Positions 14,606 through 26,300 of a stretch of 64,000 nucleotides of DNA are shown piece after piece. This DNA is from Tubiluchus corallicola. Lineage: Eukaryota; Animalia; Priapulida. The DNA is taken from positions 992,001 to 1,056,000 of the forward strand of contig JAQGDQ010000009.1 of the NCBI GenBank assembly GCA_030141605.1. Direction: 5' to 3'. A program made the position numbers and the translations under genes. A model generated the notes under the pieces. That model saw only the letters and a list, made by a program, of their open reading frames with translations. It made no database searches and was not told where the DNA came from. The first letter of the stretch is position 1, and each line of letters begins with the position of its first letter.

Positions 14606-15238
14606 GTCTAATCAATAAACGTTGGTACTTAGTAATAGGAATAGTTTAAATATTTAACAATAAATTTTTATTTGACATTGCAAAGCAATAGATACGGTAA
14701 TGCTTAACTCACTGCTTACAGTAATAGGACAAACACACATACATACTTAATAAAACTCGATACCGGGTTAAGTTTAATTCAAGTTCACTGATGCCATAAC
14801 AAAGTAGAAAACCAAGGTGACATCATCTGACATAAAATGCAGGCCTGGCAGCTATTATGCATTGAATGGAGCTTTAAGAAAATCTTGAATGCTTAATGAA
14901 AAGCTGTTGTAGTCTAAGACAAATAGATACATTATGCTACGTTGGCTAGCAGGTGGTTTTGGCTTTACATAAAGAAAATATGCTGGTACTTATAGATCCA
15001 TTACCAGCACTTGCTGTTTTGAAACTATACAAAAACCAATATTTTTTGCTAATGGTATTAAGGTACACAAGAGTACTATCGAACTGAAGTAAAACAACCC
15101 TATAAGCATAGGTGAAGCCAAATTAATAACTACAGCAGGCATATAGCATTAGTCCCAATTTTCAGCAATCTCAGACTAGCTTAATAAATCACCTTAATCT
15201 TACATTAATGCAGTACACCATAATTAATGTTTGCTCAC

Positions 15239-15371
15239 CTGTGGATTGATGAATGCCATCATTAATTATCTTATCCGGCTCCTTGTAGGACTAGCATAGA
15301 ATAGGCACTGATTGGGCAGCTGCGTTAGTCACTATGGACTTTGCACTCTGCAAACGTCACTGCTTTATGGC
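15239..15371 (-). CDS. Candidate exon of the minus-strand gene (5'UTR plus MMAFINPQ at 15262-15239)
   Basis: Acceptor attttatag, donor CAG|GTGAGC, ATG ATG giving 8 codons to a phase-0 donor. Confidence 0.35.
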
Positions 15372-18300
15372 CTATAAAATATGTTTAGTAATATCAGCCA
15401 CAAACATCAGCGAGTTCCGTCAGAAGATTTAAAACTAGGCTATTAAAATCAAGAACATGTTTGAATAACTAATAAATTATTTGCATCAAATCGTTAAGAC
15501 TCTGCAGTTTTTCTAGGCATTTACCCTCATTATAATATGAGCTTTTATGACCTGAAATTCTACTCTAATTACGAATGTTCCATTTATTTTATTATAAACT
15601 TACTGTAAAACTTGCTTATTTTCATTGTTTATCACTTCGTTGTCAGAGGTATTAGATTTGGTACTGCCGTTTTTCAGCGAGATATAAGTGACATAATGAA
15701 TAAAGTCACAAAGTCACCAATGATTGGTAACAAACATCATTAACCAAAGAAGCTTTCCGCACCAGGCATGTCATTCTTCCGCACCAAAGATGACAAACAT
15801 GGTGATCTTTACAGTAATGAACGTGTTCGAGTTTTTTTTGTGTAAAAATAACTATGAATTATTTGTCTGATGATAATAATGTGTTAGAAAAACCTCTATT
15901 AGGGTTTTATAGGTTTTTAAGTAGGTAATTTGCAATGGAAAACAGGTGATTCGCATTAATGGTTCTGCATTTTAACTTAGTTAGCAAATTTAACTAAAGT
16001 ATTAAGTTTTTGAAAAACCAACTCTAAATTTTAAAAGTCTGTTTGAATTGTGCCCTTAAAACCCTTAACAGTCTTAATGTCAGTCTGTATAGTAAAATTT
16101 TATAAAATCTCAATTACGTAACTGTAACACATCTCTCTGCTTTCACAACCTATAGAATACATAAATAATTAGAATCAACGTCTAAAAACACGAATCATAC
16201 AATCAATTACGTCTTCTACTACTTTTCAATGGTGCTGCCAATCTTACAAAAAATTAAAAAAGAAATTTTACCGTAGTAGCTCCTGTATCATTTTGTTTTT
16301 GATGCAATAACAAGCTAGCATTGTGCATTCACACAAACTAAATATTAATTATTAAATTTGCCTTGCCATTGCGGCGCAGCAGTCTAGATAGTTTACGGCA
16401 ATCCTCGAGATCTTAGCAGCTTATCCTCGAGATCTTCAAAACTATTAATCACATCACAAAGCCCTTGATTTTTTCAACTTGCCATCTAAACAATGCCTGT
16501 CTTCTTTAATATATTAATAATGTTTTGGTTGTCTACTACAATCAAAATCATTTTGGATTCTCCAGCAAAGTTATTTGCTTCCACGAATCTGCTTTTCAAA
16601 ACTACACAAACTGCAATTGACTCTTGAAAATCTGTGAACTGTGAGTTAGAACTACTAATTCAGACTCATTTACTTAGCAACTGAGAATGGAAATCCAAAT
16701 GCATGAAATTATTTTATTTATTTTATTTTGTGTAAAATCCATATATTTTACACAAAATATATGTTACTTCTCATAGCCACTAGCTCTTATGATGCCCAGA
16801 GAGGCATTTGAATGATGAATGAAAAAATCCCTCCCCCAATGAAAAACATTACAAGGCAACATCCTAGTGATTTTAGGTATTAGATTTGTAAAATTTGGCG
16901 GATGTATTGCACTCAAGCACTGCTGAAACAATTTGTTTATGTTTGTGATGAAATGTATGCTTCAAAAGCTACAATAAACCCACTCAAATGCATCTTCTAA
17001 TGTTAACCCAGGAGAGAGGGTGATTATAAATGTACTTCACAGTTAAATCGAGACGTGTACTGCACAGAAACTTTGAATTTAACAAAAGAAACTACCCTAA
17101 CTACCTAAATAATACAAAGATTACTAATTATCATCTTCCCTCATATCTTCATCGCAAACTTTCGGCAGAAGGCACTTTAAGCGGCATTTTTATACTTCTA
17201 CTATTCCAACAGATTTTTGTGTATTTGGTGAAAGTGCCACCCGCGACAAACTGCCACCTCTGCTCCCTTTAGCTATACCACTACTAAGTAACGTACAAGA
17301 TAAATTTGCTACCTGATGAGCTAGGCGCTGATAATATTTATTTCTTAAAATATTTCTCGAATTTTGCCTAGAAAGTGTGCTGAGTGCTTCAATAAACATG
17401 CCCAAACAAAAACTGCTAATTGCACTACCTGTACTCAGTTTATTTAATCTTGTCCCAATCTTAGTAAAAAACATATAAAACATAGAAAGCAGCTTTTTAC
17501 TACAGTGTCAGAGGCTTGGGATGGGATTATGGTTGGGTTGGGATTACTGATTCGGGACACTAAATGAGTTCAAGATCGGGATTTTTCGAGGTTTGGGATA
17601 AAGTGATTTGGGTCGTAAAGTGGGTAGGGGTCGGGTTGGGACCAAAGATTTGGACAATCGGGATTCCTGACCCAGAACCTTTATAAATAATCACCAACAA
17701 ATAGAAATAAGAATTTCAGTCAGACTTTAATTATAAGTGGGTGGAATCCAAGATGAAAAAATGTAGTCTAGACTAACTCTACCTGGCAGGGAACCAGGTA
17801 AAAATGCATTAATTACCCTGCCATTCGGTGAATGATAAAACAGTTGTTTGCCATCAAGTAGTAGAAATTTCTTTTATTATTTATTTGGTACTGCTATATA
17901 TACCCAAGAAACATGCTTTAACAGTGAAGGCATACAAGGCAGAGCAATAAATGTATTCCCCCACTTCCCCTTGATGTCTGCACAATCAAAACTTATACCT
18001 GTATAATTCACTATGCAAAGTAAATGTAATGGTACTCTGTTTGCTATAAATTTAAATATTTGTTGAAAAGAATAATAATGGATACTGACTGAGCAGTATT
18101 AAGTGATTGGGCAAACTTTACATAGGAAGATACTCGTAGCAATGAGAAAAAAACACACAAAATATTTTTCGTATGACTGTGTCATTCTTTTATATATTTT
18201 TCAAAAATTGTTCCAACATCATTGGCCAAGCACACATCACCAAAATACTTAGTCACTTTTACAGACGCTTGAATGCACTATCTTTGTATGTGCCATGAAA

Positions 18301-18541
18301 AGATAATCAAGCTAAAACTTTAAACTACTTGTAAGACGTTTTACATTAAATAGCGGTTGACAGTCACTGCATGCAGGTGTGGTTAACAAAATGTCAGTAC
18401 AAAATGTTTTCATGAAATTTAAGCGATGAATAACTTGACAAATGGCCCATTTTGCTCTACATGCCTTAAAAATCTGAAAAAATGTCGTTTTTTGAAATGT
18501 TATAGACTTTAAAATTAGTTTACAATTCGCACAATTTAAAT

Positions 18542-18586
18542 ACCCTAACCCTAACGCCAGCCTTAACCCTAACCCCAACTCTAATC
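18542..18586. repeat. Degenerate telomere-like (CCCTAA)n patch
   Basis: accctaaccctaac...ccttaaccctaaccccaactctaa; probably internal to a non-autonomous repeat. Confidence 0.55.
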
Positions 18587-19159
18587 TGCTTCACGAACGG
18601 GATCGGGACGAAACTGAATGTTCAGGAACTGAAGGTTAATAATCCTACAAATGATTCCATGTATATTTTTTATAATTCAAAAACAACTTATGGTGACTTA
18701 TCAGGCTAAAACAAGCAAACTGACAGGTCTGAGGATCTCTACTTATTGCACTGCTTGTGTACGAAAATTTTATTTAGTTACATGTCAAAATATTGTGAAC
18801 AAAAATACTGTGTATCTGAAATCCTACATACTTCTTTTGAGGCACACAGATTTGCATTCCTAAATGCGGCTCGCAGTGCAGTCGTGAACTCCTAAACCTA
18901 AGGCAGTGCCTTTAGGGATACGGATTTTCTTAAACAGTAGGGATCCGTACTCCTAATCACCGGTACTGCCACTGTCTAGCTACTTTGGTTTTTAAAGAAA
19001 AAAATCACTGGCCTCAACGCAAAGTGCAATAACTACCATGCTTACACGCTAATGTGCAAAAAAGCACTGAACAGTTTTACTTTAGGAGACCCAGGCATTA
19101 TTCCGACTTATTGAAATATTCTATCATGTGAAAGCACGCATAGATGTAATTAAACTCAC

Positions 19160-19240
19160 TTATAAGTAAAAGAACACCACTATGAGTACACGCGTACCAA
19201 AACAAACCTAATCGTTAACTTCGCCATCTTGAAATTGACT
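19160..19240 (-). promoter_or_regulatory. Candidate transcription start and non-coding first exon of the minus-strand gene
   Basis: YY1-type motif AAGATGGCG (19230-19222), then about 60 nt later a donor A|GTGAGT at 19160/19159. Confidence 0.4.
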
Positions 19241-19424
19241 TTGAACAGCTCATGGTGTTATTCTGCCGCATTCCAGCCTTTACAGAAAATAGTTCTGCCA
19301 AATGCAGAAACTAAAAGCAAAGTACATCGATATAAATTTTTATTGTTTACACCGCGTAGTATGACAAACCATAATAACTAATTAATTAAACTTTCGTATC
19401 AAAGTTGAAAAATGGAATTTGGAA

Positions 19425-19494
19425 TGCAGTCTGGGTTTGAACCGTACATCTTCAGCTTACATTACAGATACACACCTTAGACCACTTAGCACAG
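19425..19494 (-). pseudogene. tRNA-derived sequence (SINE head or tRNA pseudogene)
   Basis: Minus strand reads gtgctaagtggtctaagg (A-box-like) ... ggttcaaaccc (B-box) at tRNA-like spacing; no intact cloverleaf seen. Confidence 0.5.
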
Positions 19495-19594
19495 TATTCC
19501 TCAACGCTCAATGCAGTTCTCAACTTTTGAAAGTTAAGCAGCAGAAAGAAATTGACACCTTTCAAAGATGTCACTAAAGGAAACTAATAGTAAC

Positions 19595-19812
19595 TAAATG
19601 GCATGCACTAAGATTACCTCAAGAGTCTCCTCTTCTTATCGCATTATGTAAAACTTCTGAAAGACCAAAAAAGCAGAGAGGGGGTCAGCTACTGACAAAT
19701 ATATATAAATACACTGCAAACATGTTTAGCAGATACTACTCTAGATTTGAGGGATGATGCATCGCAGCATCGGAGGTGGTGGCAGCAGGACAGGAATGCA
19801 TGGCATCAACAG
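19595..19812 (+). mobile_element. RTE-like LINE 3' remnant
   Basis: Translates to KWHALRLPQESPLLIAL...KKQRGGQLLT and, after a frameshift, QDRNAW, matching the C-terminus of RTE-clade ORF2. Similar to the 40-kb remnant. Confidence 0.6.
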
Positions 19813-21029
19813 GGACTTGCCTTGTTTTTTTAGAATTTGGCAGCACCGAAATGAGAATGCAGCCAAGGTTCATGCTTTAAAATAATTGGCCAATGTTAGA
19901 TCGCTCATATGTACTATGGAGTGATTCTTACTCATTAGATTGATTTTTTTATTTAGATTAATTTCAGGTTCAGAATTAAGGTGAAATCTGTTAAAATTTC
20001 TAGGCCATTCAGTTTGGACTGCTTCAGTATTGCCCCTCAAGATGTAGACTGTATGAGATACATGCATGAGGCTTCGATTCACCCAAGAAATATGTACGAC
20101 AATCTCAGGACATAAAGGTTAGGTTTTCTGTTGTCTCAGCAAGAATTTTATGTAATAAATTGTTCTGTGCAACAACTCATTCATTTTTGTACCCCTGGCA
20201 AGAAAAGTTATGTTAATTATCATCCTAGTCTTTTGCACTTTGTTACATCCTCATTAATTTAATTCTTGGATTGAGCTTGAAGTGTGTGGTTGGGATCCTT
20301 AAAGAGAAAGTTTCTCTATCTAATTATACGAATTTTCTATCAGGCGTTTGAATCGAGAAAAATAATTAAGAAAAACTCAAACACTAATTGATTGTTTTTA
20401 GTTGTGATGCTTTCAAAGCATCTGTAAGATTATAATTTAAACAAGGATTACAAGTTATCAAGCCTTCATATTAGTTGTCTCACAGAGATATTATGAAATA
20501 TGTCAAATGCTCGTCAGTGTGTCAGTTTGTTGAATTTTACTGATGTACGGGTGTGCGCTAGACCAGTCGACTGGACATGATGATAATTCTAGTTAATTCT
20601 GTGCTTTTGAATGGCTGCTGTATAGTATAGTAACTGACTATGTATTAAATAGAAATAAAGAAAATATGTATGTTTTTTAAATATTTTGCTTTTAGTTGGC
20701 CTTTTCCTTGATACTTTTTCTTAGTACACTCTTATGAGAGGAGGGGAGGACTGATTACAACAAGATATAATTTATGCTGCTATGTATTACAGAACATGTG
20801 TGGTCACTTTAAGAACTTTTACGGTGCATTCTTTTTCTCGGAAGTCAGTAATTTTGTTTTGGTGTCTGTGGAACTTGGAAGTTTGTGTAAGCTTTAATTT
20901 TTACTTTCAATTACTAGGCTTATGTACAAACATTACACTTCCTTTTCGTCTAACTATTATTGGGCTTAACTTAGAATTTTCGTCTGCGTATCTGTTGTGA
21001 GTTGTAGGAATTAGTGTTGGAATATCTTG

Positions 21030-21640
21030 GTGCTAATAGACGTGCGAAATTCATTTTACGTGAAAACAATTTTGGCATACTTGGCATTTAAATAAAGGTT
21101 ATTAATGAAACTGATTTTATGAATGATTCGAAAGCAGACTGCAATAGTTGACCAAGACGGATAGTATTTTGAGACAAGTAATAAATGTACTTATGATGTC
21201 AAAACTAGAGTATGGAAGCAGTATTTGTAGGCGGTCCCAGGTAGTCTCAGAGAATGTATACTGGAATATAGTGAACCCTGTCGAAGCTGTCCAAATGAGA
21301 GCATTGAATTTGTTACTGGAGCTAAAGAACTTACCACATGAAAATCTGTTAAAAAGAATTGGCTTAACTGTATTAGCTTTTAGGTCATTACATAGTCATT
21401 TAATTGATAATGTATACAAATACGTATCTGGATTATATAGGCATGATGATGATTGGCCTGCACAGCAAGATTAGGTCCTATTTTTCATAAATCAAGAATG
21501 GCACAAAAATTGGTAAATTAAGAATTTTTCTCTTGTACAATGGCAGTGACCTGGAATAGATTACCCTATGTGAGACTGAATGTGAGAATAGCAACCTCTG
21601 TAAATTCGTTTGAACTGTAGCTGGATGAACACTATCGTCT
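21030..21640 (+). mobile_element. CR1-like LINE 3' remnant
   Basis: SKLEYGSS..EAVQMRA..LKNLPHENLLKRIGL..VYKY, then FFS..WNRLP and SVNSF..LDEH motifs with stops and frameshifts. Confidence 0.8.
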
Positions 21641-23320
21641 GTATCCACTAAAATTTAGTCACTGTGCTAGCTGGAATATGCTTATATCAAGGGTGTTGGT
21701 TTACATATTATAATGAAAAAACCTGCCTGTAGAGCCACCTATGTGTTGACAATAATCTAATGTGGAATTTGTCATAATTACAATGGAAGAACTATTTATC
21801 TCAAAAGTTGTATTTTTAACTGCTGGAGGTGTATACTCTTGCTACTTCTACTACTACTAGGGGAAAGGAAACATTGGTAGTGCGAGTAATTGATGAGGGG
21901 AGTAAGCTATCTGACAATATAGTTCAAGGCTTCCACTCTGTCCATTTTAATCTCATCTTGACAGACATTGGAAACGAAAATATATTGACCCCAGATTACC
22001 TGAATGGCAACTGTATGTTATGACCACAGTGTAGCCACACATGATTTTTATATTAAATAAAATACACAGCAAATATTGGCGATGTTTACAAACTATTATC
22101 CTCCATTCGTTGATAATAATGTTATGTGGAAATAACTTCTAAGCTGGAACTACAGACAAAAACTCTGAAGCCACTGGTGCCATACTTTGTTTACAGATGC
22201 ACTAATTGCACTCTAACAAAATTTACAAATGAATAAGGAAGCTAAAACCTTTAACAGGGCTGCCACTAAACCTGTTTACAATTTTGATCCATAATGGCAG
22301 CTATCCCAATTATGCAGTTAACTAATGAGCTGTAGCTTTGCACTTAGCAACTTAAATGTTGTATCTTTTCTAGTTGCACTCTTTTTGTGCTCATTTTAGT
22401 GCTTACTTTGACTAACCTTGTTTTAAAAATGTCTTTTACTAAATTTTTACTATTTTGCATTGTATTTTTTATCCCTGCCTGAGTCTGCTTCTGTGGAAGA
22501 TGTTCTCTGGCTATTTCCTCATTGGTTCCAAAATACTGACAGGTTGTTTGTAGTATTCACTTTTCTGCTGATTCTCATAGGCGTACTCTTCACATTCCTA
22601 CATGTAAAACAATTACTTATAGAACCATTGTTCTTCCTTGTTGTTGCTTATCTGTGGAATACTGTACTAGAAAACCGTTTCACTGAAAACTGCAGCTTCA
22701 CACTATTTAAGAAGAATATCATCAGATTGCTTCTATCCTAGCAAGTTAGTTATATGAATTCTATTTCCCTACATATGTACTAAGTACTCATATCTTCACC
22801 TGCTTACTGTAACACCTTATCTTGTGTAGACATTGGCTTTGTATAGGATGATTTGTATTTAAAACTGTTTAGTCATTTGGTCAAGTTTTCATTGTTTGCT
22901 ACTCAATGTATCAATGAATTTTAAAACACATGTTATACATTTGCAGTTATGTTAAGTACTGTTACAAACAGTTTGTGTGTAGAGCATGATTTTTAATGGT
23001 TTGTAGTGCTTGTATCTTAGACTATTACTATCACTCTAGTTGTAGACTGTACTTACTATATAGTTTTACTTAGATACCATGTTTTTAACAACCATATAAT
23101 CTAATTTTGCAGTATATTATCAATAAATAGTCAGTAACTAAATACAAGCAATGTGGCCAAACTGGCAATTATATGATTTATATCTTTTGTTTCTCCCTGC
23201 TATTAGTACAATTCTATGTTCAGTTAAGTTACTTATAACCATTTTCTTATTTTCTCTCATTTAATTCTGGAATATGGTCTCTTTAATTCATTGTTTTTAA
23301 TTCCAGTGTAACCCTCATTC

Positions 23321-23368
23321 ATGGATGAAAGTTTACATCAGCAAGCTTTCAATGACTCAACAGATCAG
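23321..23368 (+). CDS. USP coding exon 1 (MDESLHQQAFNDSTDQ)
   Basis: Acceptor ttccag at 23306, in-frame TAA upstream of the ATG, donor CAG|GTAACG, phase 0. Confidence 0.6.
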
Positions 23369-26300
23369 GTAACGCATACCAAACAAATTTTACTTAATTC
23401 AGTACCGTACGTAATTAGTACGTACCTCGAGAAATTCACAGATCTGTCTGTACATTGAGATTTGATTCATGTTAGCTGATCTAGCACTTGAATTGTATCT
23501 ATCAGTGATGTGAATTGGGAAAATTAAGTGCTCTAATTTTGTCACAACTAAAAAATAAAAACCATTGATCTGAAAAATAGCACGTCAGGTGGGTTCCTGA
23601 CCATTTTGACAAGTTTGGCATTAGTGTCAAAGCCAGACCATTTTCTAGGTTTCTCAGAGCTTTCGAACCCGAGAATTTAAAATGATTTCTGTTTGTTGCT
23701 GATGACTGATAAGTAGCTTATAAATTGCACACATTTTAATATGTAAAACCTATTAGCTTGTCTGAGATAATTCCTGTAAAATTAAATTCGAGAGATTTCA
23801 ATTACTTTGTTTTAGAGAAGCTCGGCAGTTGGCGGATCTCTTTCTGTCTCCGACCAAAGCTTTGGCGATTGCCATTCTGCAAGCTGGAAGGAAGGCAAGG
23901 AGAGCAAAATTGCGAATTTGGAACTGGATCTGCATACAGTGCCAGATTTGACTTTTGATTCAATAGGACAAACAGGTGCAGAAATTTCTTGCAACTTTTG
24001 TTTTTAAAAGTAAAATATCACCCGGTTTTCTAATGTAGTAGGAAAATAAATTGGCAGAATTAGAGTTCTACTTGACTTTAATTTTCTTATTTTAGCTCGG
24101 TGTAACAGTCCAGTGTTGGGTCATTTGTTTGATGATGATTCCTTACATGATGAGAAGCAGCAATTGAAAACAGGTATTGCCAATTTAAAAGTTCAAACAT
24201 TATTATTCTTTCCACAATGGCAGAATTGCATTGTTGATTTTCAATCTGACCCACTTTCGTTAATATGTACAGGAACCTAGTGCTTGTCAACCATTTTTCT
24301 GTATTTTCTTTTTCATTTCTTTAGAAGTCCCTTGCTTATGCTTGCTTGTTTATAACGCCCCATCAAAGCAGTATTTTCATCCTTGTCTTCTAGGGCTTAT
24401 CTGGTCGTAGAAGAGGCCCGTCCTGTAGGAGGCCTCTGTCCTATCTTTTTCTGGATTTTTACATGCCATTTTGGGATTTTGTTTTATAGTTTATAGTTTA
24501 AATAGAATGCTGACTGAATATCGAATTTTAAAGTGTTTTTCTGTGCATTGTTGAAACTACGTGGTACCAAGAAGAGCATTTAAAGCCCGTAAATTTTGTA
24601 AAATTATAGAATTTCATTATCATGTTAAAAGTTACCAGCATAATTTCGTTTTTCATTTTGAATTCAGCCTGCTGTAATTGTTGTTATCTTTTCTAGATCA
24701 GAATGCTGTAGCTGGGTTGTGTGGTTTGCGAAATTTAGGAAACACTTGCTTTATGAATTCTGGTCTACAATGTCTGTTTAGTTCTATTCAACTGGGCAGC
24801 TATTTCTTAGAGAAGTTTGAAATGGATTCTGTTACTAAAAATTCACTTACTGGTATGAATTTAATTTGATTAGTTATAGTGGCAGCAGCTGCAGCCTTTT
24901 ATTTTAAACTGGCTTTCATGTCACCATATAATGTTAACTGGAGAATTTGTATTTCCGATTAAGTATAACAAATTTGACCTATAAAACGGCGAATATATAA
25001 TATATCTGTGCATTTTGTAAGGTAGTCGTGTGCTTGGCCCAGTAAAAAACACCAATTCTACCATCTGTGCCAAGTCTTTAATTAAAACAATATTTTAATT
25101 TAAACAAAACATAATCACATATACATTACTAATAAATAATAATTACTGAAATATTGATTGGCTAACAGGAAAAACCTATATTAAAATTTTTCAGAGTGTT
25201 AACATATCACTTATACAAATTCCATAGATAATCGATCTCAAAAAAATTGTTAGTTATTCAGTTAAGAATGAAAGTAAAATTTTTGTGCAACTTGTTGCTT
25301 CAAAGTCTTTGGGTGAAGAGCTAAGCTGATGACCACCTCCATGGAAAGCAAGTGCTCATCTGACCAGGCTATTTTGCAGATGGTGACAGACTTATTCAAT
25401 AGTGATGATTTATGGATTGAAATTTAAATAAAAATGATAGTCTCTTGCAGTTTAAAAAAACGGATTTCATAAAATCGACAAAATACAAATATTGGACTCA
25501 TTGGCCTATTGTTATTCAACTTGATTGTATTGTATGCTTAAGTGCATTTTGTTTTCTAGTGCTTTGCTTTGCTCAGTACAAAATGTATTTTATAGCTTTA
25601 TGTAACTGCCTTGCTCCGATTTTTGTTACATAATGTCACTGTTTCAGGAAATCTTGCCAAACTTGTGGCAAAAGTATGGAGTGGAAAATATAATTGTCTG
25701 AGTCCATCTGAGTTTAAGCAGTGTCTTGGTGATGCTTTTCCTCAGTTTACAGGTTTTAGGCAGGCAAGTGTATACACAAATTTTTACGACTTTAAATATT
25801 TGCTCTGAAATTCAATTTTTGACACCTTTTGTCATAGTTTCTTAAATGATTAGGAACTGGATTTTTACGTTAAGCTGTGTATAGCCATGATAAGCCATGT
25901 TACACAAAATTTTTATTGTTTAATTGGTCAATGTTTATAATTTTAAAAACCGTTTTTTGTTATTTTATCTGGTATTATTTATTTCAGCACGATTCTCAAG
26001 AATTTCTGGCCTTGCTGTTAGATTCTCTTCATGAAGAACTAAACAATTCATCGGGAAAGTTCAGTTCTTCACCATCATTGTGTGGCTCAGACATTGCAGT
26101 CGATGAGAGAATCGACGAAGAAGTAAACGACGCACAACTACTACTGGAGAAGCAACTTAATAAACAAGTTGAAGATGAGAGTAATCTATCATCTGTTTCC
26201 TTGCAGAGCTCAGACGCCATGTTGTCAGTTGCCGTTACGAATCTGGAGCTGAAACATAGTAATTCTTCAAACCTGAGTCTTTCCACTTGCAATTCTGAAC

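Noticed and set aside
17509-17680. G-rich patch with many GGGA/GGGT runs and loose inverted ends
   Set aside because: Probably a small MITE remnant, but TIRs and a target duplication could not be defined.
18542-18586. Interstitial telomere or chromosome-fusion scar
   Set aside because: Too short and degenerate; such patches are common inside invertebrate repeats.
19754-19867. ATG-initiated frame MMHRSIGGGG...NAAK as a USP first exon
   Set aside because: It overlaps the RTE LINE remnant in another frame and does not connect in frame to the USP exons.
20004-20117. Exon-like segment with an in-frame TGA (possible selenocysteine or readthrough)
   Set aside because: All frames contain stops, there is no recognisable selenoprotein motif or SECIS, and it does not join the USP frame; at most a 5'UTR exon.
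23362-24701. AGATCAG direct repeat at both ends of an apparent intron (intron-gain signature or tandem acceptor)
   Set aside because: The intervening exon 23816-23975 resolves the phases using the first AG, so the repeat is probably coincidental.
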